From Anthoceros angustus (Eukaryota > Plantae > Anthocerotophyta): 64,000 nucleotides of DNA. This document shows positions 37,200 through 49,899 of the stretch, piece after piece. Each line of letters starts with the position of its first letter. The stretch's first letter is position 1. The notes under the pieces are model-generated. The model did not search any database and was not told the origin of the DNA. It worked only from the letters and a program-made list of their open reading frames with translations. Position numbers and translations under genes: made by a program. The stretch spans positions 496,001 to 560,000 of the forward strand of contig MU008150.1 of NCBI GenBank assembly GCA_010909165.1. Reading direction: 5' to 3'.

Positions 37200-39040
37200 T
37201 GGGTTAGGATCTCCAATACCTCGTCCACGTGTCTGTCTCGCAATTGGTCCAGAACTAATGCTTTGGCCGACATGGACTCGCGGATCATCCTCAACTCGAA
37301 CATGGTCTTAGGTTTTAATATCATTGACCATGACATCATTCTGAAACGTTTCTCCTTGCGCCTCAAGGTGGTGGGTTGGGCCCTTATCGTTATTCCCAGC
37401 TTCCGCACTTTGCATATGGTGGAGTTTAAATAGCTTGGTCTTTATGAGCTCTTGGGTTCTCACATAAAGCGTGCTCTCTCGCGTCAAGGCAAATCCAAAT
37501 GAAAGAATAAAGGTCTTCGCCAGCACAAGGCGATCGAGATGCTTTGAACGCTTCCTCCTTTGACGTAGAGCATTCTTGTCCACACAGTTGGGTGGCAAAA
37601 TCTCTTCGGGTATATAACCGCCTTCAAATGCATTGCTATTCTCCGTTACCCACCATTGCACAACAAGGTACGGTTCGTCACAACTGAAATCTAGGTTCTC
37701 CACCTCTGCAACCCAAAAAGGCCTATTTTGGTCATCCGCCTGACATGCAACGGTAATCATATGGCCACGCTAGATCTCAGCCACATCTCCATCTAACCTT
37801 GCTTTTTCCCTTGCCCTTGCTCCCTTCGGAATATAATTACCAAGGTACATCTGCCTGGGCCCTACGTTCTTTGATATTGGAGCCGGGAGAAGCAGAACAT
37901 CTGGCACAAGGATGGTATCGCTATTTCGCTCAGCCTCTACCCGATTGTACCATTGCCATGGTATCTCTAGCTTATGGTCGACTCCACTAGAGATCTTCGC
38001 ACAAATCAGAGCTTGTGACTCCCAAAAGCCGTTCCACCATACCTTATCGGCACTGGTAAGGTACTTCTGCATCGGCTCTTCGAGTGCCTTCCTGATGCCC
38101 TCCAATGATCTATGAGGGTTGGGATCTTGAGCTTTCCCATGTACTTACAGTGCACACAGAGATGCCCCACAGATGGGGGTTTCTGGGATGAGGCGAATAA
38201 ACTCAAGTCCCTCATCGGGTTCCCAGTGAGGCGTGGTTGATAAGTATTTGCCTCGAAGCACTACAACCATTGCCCCGCCTGCGCGTTCTCTCTCGTGATT
38301 TTAAATTGATGTTGATAACTGTGCTTGTTCAAACGTCCAACTGCAACATCCCGTGCCCCCCTTTCACCCATCCCAGAAGGCCATACATACCTACGGAAAT
38401 CGGCAACCCTGGTAATCACTTTCACTTCTGGATTTTGGGTTACGCTTGTTCAATAAGCGTCATCAGAGTTGGTAGCGACATCACCTTCTTATGCCTGAGA
38501 CTTTTTGAGAAACAAGAGAACATTTGATCCACTAAATCTTGGGTGTGCCCTACAAGAAGGAATCCAACTTTAACCTTCTCGAATACCCGCTTCGTCACCA
38601 GCATACTCAGATATGCAAACAACAGCATATTCTTGTTCCCCCGCGCGGTGTTGTCCAATTGAAGGTAAAAGGTCATTGGCAAGACACTGTCATAGTTGAG
38701 TATAATATCTTGAATAATATATATCGTCAGGTTGGCATCATTGCGGATGCTCGGATAGTTGACATACACCTTCGTCTTCATAATATTATTGTATACCAAA
38801 CAACCAACAACATGAACACAAATTAACCCATCGGCGAAATCTTTTGGAGGCCCTATGAAGTGCGGGAGCTCTGTCTTGCTCTGGTCCATTCCATCTATGG
38901 CAATTCCAATATATCGGCTGGGTTGTCTCGCGCACTTTAGCCGATGCTTCGCTAGCTTCAGTCGCTCTTGTTTAATTGAACTCTATGCGACCGCAGTTCT
39001 CTCTCCAAACGTTCTGCCAAAGATCCATGACGATGTGAGA
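37200..39040 (-). mobile_element. Sola-like (DUF7869-type) DDE transposase pseudogene
   Basis: IAIDGMDQSKTELPHF...YLQLDNTARGNKN...GFLLVGHTQDLVDQMFS; downstream ORFs with RPFWVAEV...VVQWW. Termini not identified; GCGCAC-rich tract 39050-39350 upstream. Confidence 0.75.
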
Positions 39041-41954
39041 TTCTGAATTTGCAGAGGGAGAGTATAAGTACCTGCGCGCCCTTGTGCGCGCACTTGTGCT
39101 CGCATCAGCCCAGTGCGCGGACTAGGGCCCGCACTGGGTCAGTTCACGCACAAGTGCGTGCACTTGCGCGCACACTTGCTCAGCGCGCGCACCAGTGCTC
39201 ACACCGGGTAAGTGCGCGCACTTGCCCGATGCCCGCACCGGTTCGCGCACTTACACACGAACCTATGCGCGCACAAGTTCGCGCATTAGTGCTCGCATCG
39301 AGCACGTGCGCGCACCCAGTGCGCGCCCAAGTCTGCGCACTTGTGCGCGCATATTATAGTGTATTCTTGGGATATTTCCAGCATATGGTGATGCCAATAG
39401 GATATCTTAGGAATATGCCGATGCCAAGGGCTAGTATATATAGACGATCATAGCATATTTGATTTGTTTGCTTGGTTATTTGTTGAGGAAGTGCTTATAT
39501 AAATGCAAGTGCTTACCTCATGCAACAAGCGATGGAACTTCCGGCCCTTTTGAGGAACCCTGGGACACTTGGGAGCTAGTCACTCCTAGGACTTCGGGGA
39601 GTCCCGAGTTGCGCACCGATGGGCGCGCACCTTGGGACTCCTCCCGGCGCCCCTAAGACCACCAGGACTCTTGACGCACTTGGGAGTTAATTCCTCGAGA
39701 AGACCCAACCAACTCAAATCGAGTCTCGAGGTATAGTTTTGACAACCTATATGAGGAATTTTAAATGAAAAAAATTAAGATTTTTGGGTCTTCTTGGGCG
39801 GAATTGTGCGCTGAAATTTCCAGCGTAATTTTTGAAAAAAAAATTAAGTGGACAATGTTACATTAAAATGAGCAAAACGAGAGTCCATTATTGGGAACGG
39901 TGATACCACAACGGCCCAGTCGGCTACCCCTATTAGTCAACCGTGCACACACACCTTTCTTCCCCTTTCATCGAATACTCGAGTATTGCGTGCATGCGCT
40001 GGGGTTTTGTTAGTCGCGAGTACCAAATACTCAGCCATTAGGCACTTGAGCGTTCTTACAATCTCACGCATCCATGGCCACTATTGTAACTATCTTGTAT
40101 ATTGGTCGTGCAAATGGTGCGTATCTTAGTATCCCGAGTCCCCATTTTGGAAATGGGAGAAACCATACCACATGAAGAAAGCCCCATTGCTTACGACTCT
40201 TGCTACGTGTTGGTCGACATTGATTCCTTGGCTGCAGGTGGCCACGAGTAGTGCACCGTTTGGGGGCCTCCTTTGCATGTGAATCCCCGGCCTCGCATGC
40301 GCACACAATTGCACCTTTTGTCAGATGAATTCCGCTAGTAGCGCTTACATACCACTCCATGGTGGCATAGGTGCTTGGTATTTTTTTGCGAGGAAAACGC
40401 TCTACATTATAAGGGATTGCTATTAGATATTACAATAATACAATTGGAGACTCCGTTTCCCTAGGATCTGGATAGGACCATTCTGAGAGAAGGTTGTCAT
40501 CAACACCATGCTCCAACGTATCTTGTGCGATGCAAAATAGCTTGGCCTTGAACTTAAGCAAATGACATAGCAAACATCAAATTGAACTTATCTGGTTGAT
40601 GGCGACATGAGTCCATGATGTTCCACATATATCAGGCATTGACAAATTGAAAAAGGAGGATGGTAAAGGGCAAAAATAGCTTATGTCGTACAAGGGACAT
40701 CGCTTGTCTTGTCGCCTGAATAAGAAAGAAGCCATCCACAAGAGAAATGCCAAAAGGGGGAGCCAGCACGCTCAACAGCTGGAGGAAGCGCACCATAGCC
40801 CACTTTTGCAGCCCCTGCAATGCCAAATCCCAGTGGCATGCCTCCACCTACTTTGCCGCTAAATGGGCCACAATACAAAATTGCCTCAACTAGCGTTAGA
40901 GCTCTGAAATGTGGCAACTCAGCAAACTCAACAGAATTTCATCAATTCCACCCAACAGGCCCCGCAAGTAGTCTCAATGCTAACACCCTTCAAAAAACAC
41001 ACTTCCTGCAACAAGAAGCCTAGAAAGAAGGCGATGAGAAACCAACCCTGTGTCCACCACAAAGCAATCCCCAGAGACTGCAATTGGTGGAGCCGGTTAG
41101 CCTGCATTGGTGCTTAGTGGCTCACGATGCTCATTCAGCATTAGATTGAGCAAACAGAATCGGTCAAAACCCCATTGTTGTCGAGCGTTGGTACCGCAAG
41201 CTTTGTCGCTTTTAAAGAGAATTTGGTGTATTCTTCAAACCCGGATTTTCCTCTCATGCTTCAAATAATATTTGTCAAAGGTTAAGGACATATTTCTCCT
41301 TGGAGCATAGTACGTTCATCATAGCTCAAAGGTATAAGTACGGTCCCCCATCCTAAAAGTAAACGCAAAGTTTCTTGTTTGCAACGTTCCAAGCTTGAGA
41401 GACAACTGCTCCATGGTCACATGGATGCCTGGTATTGTTTTGCGAGGAAAAATGGTCTACATTATAAAGAACTACAATATGGTATTACAATGGTACACAC
41501 TACTAGAAAAGGTGAGTTAAATATTGATATTGTATTGCTCCAAGGTGTAACATCATTTGCTTTTGGTGGGGCACGTGGTGTTGCACTCGTGTTACAATTG
41601 TGTGACATGAGTGTAACATAGGGCCAGGGTAGGCATGGTGCCATTGCGTTAGATAGTGTTCCTGGCCCGGCGGCACACTGGAATACACACGTGCGGGAAG
41701 GGCACTCTTTATGGGAAAAAGGTATGCACTGCGGTAGTCAATGAAGTCCCCTTCGACAACATCCCCTCAAGTCTACCTTTGTCTTTCCAACTCGGGAATA
41801 GCCCAGCTTTGAAGGATGTCTGGCACACACCTTTGCCTCTCGTCATCTAACGATGGTTTTGAAGCTTGAAGTTTGAGGTCTGCCACATAGCAGGCCGACG
41901 CCAGCGTCCTTGCAACACCCATGACTTCGTACTCATCTTGTTTGAATATCCGAG

Positions 41955-42242
41955 TTTAGGGTTTAGGGTTCTAGAGTTTTAGGGTTCAGGGGTTTAGGGT
42001 TTTAGGGTTCTAGTGTTTAGCGTTTAGGGTTTTAGGGTTTTAGGGTTTTAGAGTTTTTGGGTTTTTGGATTTAGGGTTTAGGGTTTTGGGTTTGGGGTTT
42101 GGGGTTTGGGGTTTGGGGTTTGGGGTTTGGGGTTTGGGGTTTGGGGTTTGGGGTTTGGGGTTTGGGGTTTGGGGCTTGGGGCTTGGGGCAGGGGTTTGGG
42201 GCTTAGGGTTTAGGGTTTAGGGTTTAGGTTTTAGGGTTTAGG
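41955..42242 (+). repeat. Interstitial telomeric array (TTTAGGG, TTTTAGGG, TTTGGGG variants)
   Basis: Direct reading; TTTGGGG block at about 42090-42175. Confidence 0.97.
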
Positions 42243-44221
42243 TGCTACAAAGGGACCAGAAATATTCGTTGACACCTTTTTTTCACACTCACACTTTTGT
42301 TGGTTTACTTGTGTTGAGTGTCTTGGTTCTCTTGCATGTTTTGCTGCCTCCACCTTGGGCAATGGATCCAGTCTCATAGTTTATGTTCAACCCCAATGTG
42401 CCTCATCAATTCTTGGTGGCAAGACTAGCTATATGGGACACTCGACCATTTTCACAATCTGCCGCAAGATAGTCGCCATAGTGGCCATCGATGTGTGGGA
42501 GTATGAGAACCCTCAGTGCTAAATGGTCGAGTATTGGGTACTCACAATTGAGAACCCTATCTTGCGCAATACCGATTATTTGGCGGACGGGGAAGAAAGG
42601 TGCATGTACGGGCGCACAATTGAATGCACCCTCCAGGAGGGGGATGCACACAAGTCAGCTGAGATAAGAACTCCACAGTTAAGTAGCCTGCAGGTGGATC
42701 TGTACCAGGATAAGGTGCCATCCCCTTAGTGGTTTGAAAGATTTGTAGATTGTCGCACTATGTGGGCGCACCGGCCTCCCTTGTGCGAGGTCTACGATGT
42801 GAGATTTTCTACTTGATAATGATAATGATAGGTGTAGCCGACGATACGTTGTAGTTAAACCGTTCCCAGCAGTGACTGGTGGACTCTCGTTTGCTCATTT
42901 TAATGTAACGCGTTGCCCAATTAGAACTCTTGTGTCCCCGGCAGCCATAATTTTATGGATAAACTACTCCTCTGTTTTCAAAAACCTCAAAGCCAACATT
43001 TTTAGTTTTAAAAGGGTTGTTGCTTTTGGCCCATCTCCAAAAGTGGAGTGTGTCACTACTCCTAAGAAGACCTTTTAAGGGGACCAAATGTGTAACCATG
43101 CTTGTCAGATCAACCTACTTGCGCGATGAAGAATTTGGAAAGCATAACGTGTAAAAGTTTTGTGCTTGTGGATATTCGATATCATTAATAGAAATATCCA
43201 TTATCAATTGTACTTATAAGATTGCTGGCTTTTGGGCTTCCTTGAATCCGAATTGGAGCGGTGTTGGCCAATGTTTCTTGATGAAAAGGACAAGGTTCCC
43301 AACAAGAAGCCTAGAAAGAAGGCGATGAGAAACCAACCCCGTAGTCCACCACAAAGCAATCCCCTTGACCGCAATTGGTGGAGTTGCTACCCGCATTGGT
43401 GCTTAGTGGCTCACGATGCTCATTCAAAGACAGATTGACAAATGGTAATCAACAAAACCCCATTGTTGTCGAGCGTTGGTACCGCAAGCTTTGTCGCTTT
43501 TAAAGAGAATTTGGTGTATTCTTCAAACGGATTTTCCTCTCATGCTTCAAATAATATTTGTCAAAGGTTAAGGACATATTTCTCCTTGGAGCAGGCACGT
43601 CATTAGCTCAAAGGTATAAGTACGGTCCCCCATCCTAACCTCAAGTTTCTTGTTGCAACCTCCAAGCTTGAGAGACAATCGCCCATGGTCACATGGATGC
43701 AGTATTGTTTTATGAGGAAAATGGTCTACATTATAAAGAACTACAATATGGTATTACAATGGTACACACTACTAGAAAAGGTGAGTTAAATATTGATATT
43801 GTATTGCTCCAAGGTGTAACATCATTTGCTTTTGGTGGGGCACGTGGTGTTGCACTCGTGTTACAATTGTGTGACATGAGTGTAACATAGGGCCAGGGTA
43901 GGCATGGTGCCATTGCGTTAGATAGTGTTCCTGGCCCGGCGGCACACTGGAATACACACGTGCGGGAAGGGCACTCTTTATGGGAAAAAGGTATCATGGT
44001 AGTCAATGAAGTCCCTTCGACAACATCCCCTCAAGTCTACCTTTGTCTTTCCAACTCGGGAATAGCCCAGCTTTGAAGGATGTCTGGCACACACCTTTGC
44101 CTCTCGTCATCTAACGATGGTTTTGAAGCTTGGAAGTTTGAGGCTGCCACATAGCAGAATAGGCACTTGACGTCCCTTGCAACACCCATGACTTCGTACT
44201 CATCTTGTTTGAATATCCGAG

Positions 44222-44432
44222 TTTTAGGGTTTTAGGGTTTAGGGTTTGGGGTTTGGGGCTTAGGGTTTAGGTTTTAGGGTTTTAGGGTTTAGGGTTTAGG
44301 TTTTAGGGTTTAGGGTTTAGGGTTTGGGGTTTGGGGTTTGGGGTTTGGGGTTTGGGGTTTGGGGTTTGGGGTTGGGGTTTGGGGTTTGGGGTTTGGGGCT
44401 TAGGGTTTAGGTTTTAGGGTTTAGGGTTTAGG
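44222..44432 (+). repeat. Interstitial telomeric array (TTTAGGG, TTTGGGG variants)
   Basis: Direct reading; same flanks as the first array (ATATCCGAG / GGTGCTACAAAGGG). Confidence 0.97.
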
Positions 44433-45534
44433 TGCTACAAAGGGACCAGAAATATTCGTTGACACCTTTTTTTCACACTCACACTTTTGTTGGTTTACTT
44501 GTGTTGAGTGTCTTGGTTCTCTTGCATGTTTTTGCTGCCTCCACCTTGGGCAATGGATCCGAGTCTCATAGTTTGCGTTCAACCCCAATGTGCCTCATCA
44601 ATTCCCTTGGGTGGCAAGACTAGCTATATGGGACACTCGACCATTTTCACAATCGGGCTGCAAGATAGTCGCCATAGTGGCCATCGATGTGTGGGAGTAT
44701 GAGAACCCTCAGGTGCTAAATGGTCGAGTATTGGGTACTCACAATTGAGAAACCCTATCTTGCGCATGCAATACCGATTATTTGGCGGACGGGGAAGAAA
44801 GGTGCATGTACGGGCGCACAATTGAATGCACCCTCCAGGAGGGGGATGCACACAAGTCAGCTGAGATAAGAACTCCACAGTTAAGTAGCCTGCAGGTGGA
44901 TCTGTACCAGGATAAGGTGCCATCCCCTTAGTGGTTTGAAAGATTTGTAGATTGTCGCACTATGTGGGCGCACCGGCCTCCCTTGTGCGAGGTCTACGAT
45001 GTGAGATTTTCTACTTGATAATGATAATGATAGGTGTAGCCGACGATACGTTGTAGTTAAACCGTTCCCAGCAGTACTGGTGGACTCTCGTTTCGCTCAT
45101 TTTAATGTAACGTTGCCCAATTAGAACTCTTTGTGTCCCCGGCAGCCATAATTTTATGGATAAACTACTCCCTCTGTTTTCAAAAAACCCTCAAAGCCAA
45201 CATTTTTAGTTTTAAAAAGGGTAAAATTTGTTGCTTTTTTGGCCCATCTCCAAAAAGTGGAGTGTGTCACTACTCCTAAGAAGACCTTTTTAAGGGGACC
45301 AAATGTGTAACCATGCTTGCTGTATCAACCTACTTGCGACGATGAAGAATTTGGAAAGCATAACGTGTAAAAGTTTTGTGCTTGTGGATATTCGATATCA
45401 TTAATAGGGGAAATATCCATTATCAATTGTACTTATAAGATTGCTGGCTTTTTGGCTTCAGCTTCCTTGAATCCGGAATTGGAGCCGGTGTTGGCCAATG
45501 TTTCTTGATGAAAAGGGACAAGGTTCCCAACAAG

Positions 45535-46330
45535 ACTCCTCATCTCCATTGATACACGTGAAACCTTTGGTGCCGTCGCTTGGAAAGTCTTCAAAATCCG
45601 CTACTTCTTGACCACGGTAATGCATATGACTCAACGGAAGTTCCGTCATAGGAGCTGCAATCGACGCTGTGTATAAGATTGGTACCAAAACCACATGAGG
45701 AACGTACTAAGTGCTCGCGCATGCATGACTACTAGGACTTATGTTTGTATATGATCATCTTTGTAATTTCTGGCTCATACCTCGTGAGTGGCGTGGTCGT
45801 TTGAAACATGGGGAAACAATGGTCTCCTTTGCAGACATCCGAGTGACACTGCACAACCAGCGCCATGAACAAGTTGGCATGTGCAAATGAATCGATTGGA
45901 ACAAGCTGGCCAAATTCAAGCGTCACTCCATGTGCAGCTAGCTAGAAGTAAAGCATGACTCCCTTTGCATCCCTCTCGACAACACATGAAAAATTATGTA
46001 TAAGATACATATATATCAAGGTACCTTGAGGGCAAGACATTGATAAGCTCTCTTGATTTCTTGCTTAGAAGCGCCGGAAAGCAGGCCTAGCTCTTTCAAA
46101 GTGTGAGCTGCATCACGGTAGGATGTCTTTGACGTAGTTGCAACAATCTTGCACCCCTTCTATTGCTGCCCTTACGATTTGTGCCCCCACAAAGGGACAA
46201 GGCCTTCAAAGTCAATTTTTGTCCGCAAAGGGATGTCTACAACGCTAATGCCAACATTGTAGATTGGTGTGAATTCCCAACTTGTTGCAGTTGGACACAC
46301 AATGTACTGCAAATGATGCGCTTTACAATG
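45535..46330 (-). pseudogene. J-domain (DnaJ type C, chloroplast DJC65-like) gene fragment
   Basis: ELGLLSGASKQEIKRAYQCLALK / intron / CHSDVCKGDHCFPMFQ resembles the J-domain LALKYHPDVC.G, with HPD degenerate to HSD; truncated at the telomere-bearing unit. Confidence 0.6.
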
Positions 46331-46762
46331 TAATGCGTTTACCCTACCTTTAGCTGCCTACCTATGTATTGCAAAGTGAGACCAAGGTCCAAAGAAGAAG
46401 AAAAAATGAACCTATCACTGGAATAATTTACAACATTTCAAGGCCCCGGGAGATATCGTCCACGATTGCTTGCAGCTTAATTCTTTGAATCAATTTGTAT
46501 CGCTGAAGTCTGTAACTGCCCGTCAATGCCGCTCGGGTGAGTTGTGTATTGTTCGTCTCAGGAGGCCGGACCATTTGGGAGCGCAACCTAGCTTGATGCA
46601 GCGAGAGCACAAGTCTTGACCAATATCACATGTAGCATGTACCGTCCCAGGAGTCTTGACACACGTGAGTGTCCCATCCCAAACGTGTCGTGTATCGGGA
46701 GTGTTTTGTCCCGGGAATCCTGGCGCGAGCAATTGTGCTGTTCTGGGACCCTCGAGTACATG

Positions 46763-47045
46763 GAGTGTTCCATTATGGGACTCATGGTGCGCGCAACAGT
46801 CGTATCCCAAGACTGTCGTGTACGTGTCACGAGTGTTCCATTATGGGACTCATGGTGCGCGCAACAGTCGTATCCCAAGACTGTCGTGTACGTGTCATGA
46901 GTGTTCCATTATGGGACTCATGCTGCGCGCAACAGTCGTATCCCAAGACTGTCGTGTACGTGTCATGAGTGTTCCATTATGGGACTCATGGTGCGCGCAA
47001 CAGTTGTATCCCAAGACTGTCGTGTACGTGTCACGAGTGTTCCGT
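46763..47045. repeat. Minisatellite, 68 bp x4 plus a partial copy
   Basis: GAGTGTTCCATTATGGGACTCATGG...CGTGTCAC at 46763, 46831, 46899, 46967, 47035. Confidence 0.95.
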
Positions 47046-47183
47046 CTCGGGACTCCTGACACGTGCTAGTAGAACGTAACTTATGAAGGCTCCACATAAG
47101 GTATAAAAATATAGATCACCTAAAACCGGTTGCTTACATAGGACTTAAGGCCTCCTTTGGCTTTAGCTTCCACGGACTGAATA

Positions 47184-47425
47184 TTTCAACTAAATTTTAT
47201 AGCTAGTGACCATCTAGCAGCATAATGCAATTGTAATGACTTCGTTTCAACTAAATTTTATAGCTAGTGACCATCTAACAGCATAATGCAATTGTAATGA
47301 CTTTGTTTCAACTAAATTTTATAGCTAGTGACCATCTAGTAGCATAATGCAATTGTAATGACTTCATTTCAACTAAATTTTATAGCTAGTGACCATCTAG
47401 CAGCATACTGCAATTGTAATGACTT
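47184..47425. repeat. Minisatellite, 61 bp x4
   Basis: TTTCAACTAAATTTTATAGCTAGTGACC...GACTT at 47184, 47245, 47306, ~47368. Confidence 0.95.
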
Positions 47426-47599
47426 CGGTTCTCATACCACGTGGTGATATACATCAACATCATACATCACTAGCGGCATGACACTGCCCTCGCATTCCAC
47501 ATAAACAGGGATGGGTGCATGGGCCGATGTAGACCCTATGCTAGCATCGAGATCTCGAGCTGGTGTAAACCCTATGCTAGCAACAGGATCTCCATTTCA

Positions 47600-47830
47600 C
47601 CGCCCCACTCCGTGCTCCTCTTCATAACATGCTTCATTAAGTCCCCTTGATCTTCAATTCGCCGCTCCACTCCGTGCTCCTCTTCATGGCATACTTCGTT
47701 AAGTCCCCTTGATCTTCAGTTCGCTGCCCCACTCCGTGCTCCTCTTCATGACATACTTCGTTAAGTCCCCTTATCTCCGGTTCGCCGCCCCACTCCGTGC
47801 TCCTCTTCATGACATACTTCGTTAAGTCCC
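47600..47830. repeat. Minisatellite, ~62 bp x4, adjoining sequence related to the telomere-bearing unit
   Basis: CCACTCCGTGCTCCTCTTCATGACATACTTCGTTAAGTCCCC; 47870-47915 matches CTTTGTCTTTCCAACTCGG at 41776 and 44041. Confidence 0.9.
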
Positions 47831-47989
47831 CTCGGAGTATATCCCCTTGGACTATATCCCCGTAAGTCTGCCTTTGTCTTTCCAGCTCGGCAACAACCCC
47901 TTCGAAGGACACACGAAAATCCAAATGTGGGCCATGCTGTACAATGTGATTACATTTGAGCTAAAAATTTTAATCCAGGTAATCCCGAA

Positions 47990-49610
47990 CTAGGAAGGAA
48001 TACACGAGGCCGTCTATGTCTGTCCACCAGCTCTGGCATGGCTGCTTCCACGCCCTGATTTTGATTCTCCTCGTCTGCATCTCTTGGGCCTGCTCCCACA
48101 TCTGGGTGCTGGTGTATATCTTGGACATGGACACGTGAGCTGCCGCATCCTTGTTGTCAAGCTTCAGGGCTTCATGGAAAGCATGGCATCACACCTCCAC
48201 GTTGCCCCACTTTCGACAAGTGCCCAACAGTGTATGCCAAACTGCGGCATCGGGCACGACAGACATTGTCCTTCCCAGAGAACTTTGCTTCATCCAGTTG
48301 GCCTGCAAAACTTAGGAGATCCACCATGCATGTGTAGTGCTCCACCGTGGGTCTGATGCCGTAGCCTCTCCTTATGGCATCAAAGTGCTCTTGCCCCTGG
48401 TTCACCAGACCTGTATGGCTTCATACTGTTAGCAAACTGAGAAATGTTGAGCCGGTTGGGCTCATGCCATTCTCTCTCATTTGTTGATAAAGATGAAAGA
48501 CCACTTGACTGTCTCCTTGTCGAGTATAGCCTGCAATCAGTGCATTCCAGGCCCCCACGTCTCTCTCCTGGAAAGTGTCAAAAACCTGCTGTGCCTCCCC
48601 CATGCTGCCACACTTCCCGTAAATGTATATCAAACTGTGGGCTACAATCACATCAGCTTCAGCTCTTGTTCTTTGATCTGTGCGTGAAGCCGCCTGTCCC
48701 AATGACAAGTATGGCCTGCTTATACTGTCCAAGTGTAACATAAGCTGAAATCATAGCAGACCACGTGAAAGCGTCTGGTTCCTCCACCATGTCGAAAACA
48801 TTCACACCTTCTTGCAACCTGCCATGAGAAGCATACATCCGAAGAATGTGATTGCACAGGAACGTATCCCACTCAAGCCCCTTCTTCACGCTGAGAGCAT
48901 GCACACGGCGTCCCAGAGGCAGATTCCTCTTAGCCACACATTCCCTTAAAACCACATGAAGGAGAGACTAGGAAATACTACACTCTGCCTGCACCAGTCC
49001 TCCGAGACCCTCAACGGCCTCAGCGATCTGCCCCTGCAGACATAGCCTCCTAAATATTTCAGCCATCACAGCCCTGCAAAGATTACCATATTCCGGCACA
49101 CTCCAGCTGCACAACGGCCCCCCATGCAAATCCAGAGCAGCCAGCTGCGGATCCACCCAAGCTGGCTTTGAGACGTTGTCCACCCAGAGGACCTCCTGGG
49201 ACTCCTTTTGCCGGAAGTCAGGCGACCGGGAGCTCCTCTTATCATGCCTGTTATCCCACCAAAGCGTGGGATCCAGAAAAAATCGTTGCCAGAAGAGCTC
49301 CTGGCGTCTATCCTGGCTGGAACATCCGTCTCCAGCCAGATCTCCTCTTGGGCGAGGTCCCATTGTTGCACAGGTGCTGCACCTCGCAGCTTCCTTGCGT
49401 TCCGACAGCCGATTCTTGAAACCCAGGTGGGCGGGAGCTCTCCCTACAATCCCTGTAAACCTCCAGCCAACCATGTCTGGCAGGGGCAAGCCTGGAAACT
49501 ACGCATCGACGAGGAGGCTCTAACCTGCAGCTCATCATCAGGATCTGTGGGTGGCGACCGTTATCAGCTTGAGAAGCAGACTTGCCTGATTGTGTGGAGC
49601 ACGCCATAGA
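47990..49610 (-). pseudogene. PLS-E+ PPR pseudogene with a complete N-terminal OSB-type PDF motif
   Basis: WQRFFLDPTLWWDNRHDKRSSRSPDFRQKESQEVLWVD...PAWVDPQL, then L-S-P motifs, an internal deletion, S1-P2-L2-S2-E1-E2 and WKQPCQSWWTDIDG; several stops. Confidence 0.9.
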
Positions 49611-49899
49611 AGACACCGGCCAGAGAAGACAAGGTTCCTCGTGGATATGTCGTTCATCCGACATAGACTGAGCCCTAGTAGGCTAGCATTCTGAAGTGAG
49701 GCCTTCGTTGCACCGACAATGGAGATGGTTTGTGCTTCCAAGTCTTTCAGAGAGCAGAACGTGAAAGGCTGCATATTTTGCTGGCAATTCTTCGAAATTT
49801 TCGATAGTGTCTCCGTCTTCACAGTTGATGCAACAAGATGGATGCATCATACTAATCTGCTGAGTTCGTCGATGCTTCGATTGATTGCAGTTGAAGATT

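Larger units (their letters stand above)
41008..45533. repeat. Two tandem copies of a ~2.25-2.29-kb unit, each with an internal telomeric array
   Basis: Units 41008-43299 and 43300-45533 share long near-identical stretches (e.g. CAACAAGAAGCCTAGAAAGAAGGCGATGAG); a diverged partial copy lies near 40200-40560. Confidence 0.92.

Noticed and set aside
39049-39453. 134-aa ORF upstream of the Sola-like transposase
   Set aside because: GCGCAC low-complexity tract; no coding signal.
41955-44432. True chromosome end or end-to-end fusion
   Set aside because: Arrays are short, in the same orientation, internal, and embedded in duplicated flanks; there is no inverted TTTAGGG/CCCTAAA junction.
46763-47830. 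CRISPR-like regular repeats
   Set aside because: Units are contiguous with no unique spacers, in eukaryotic context, with no cas genes.
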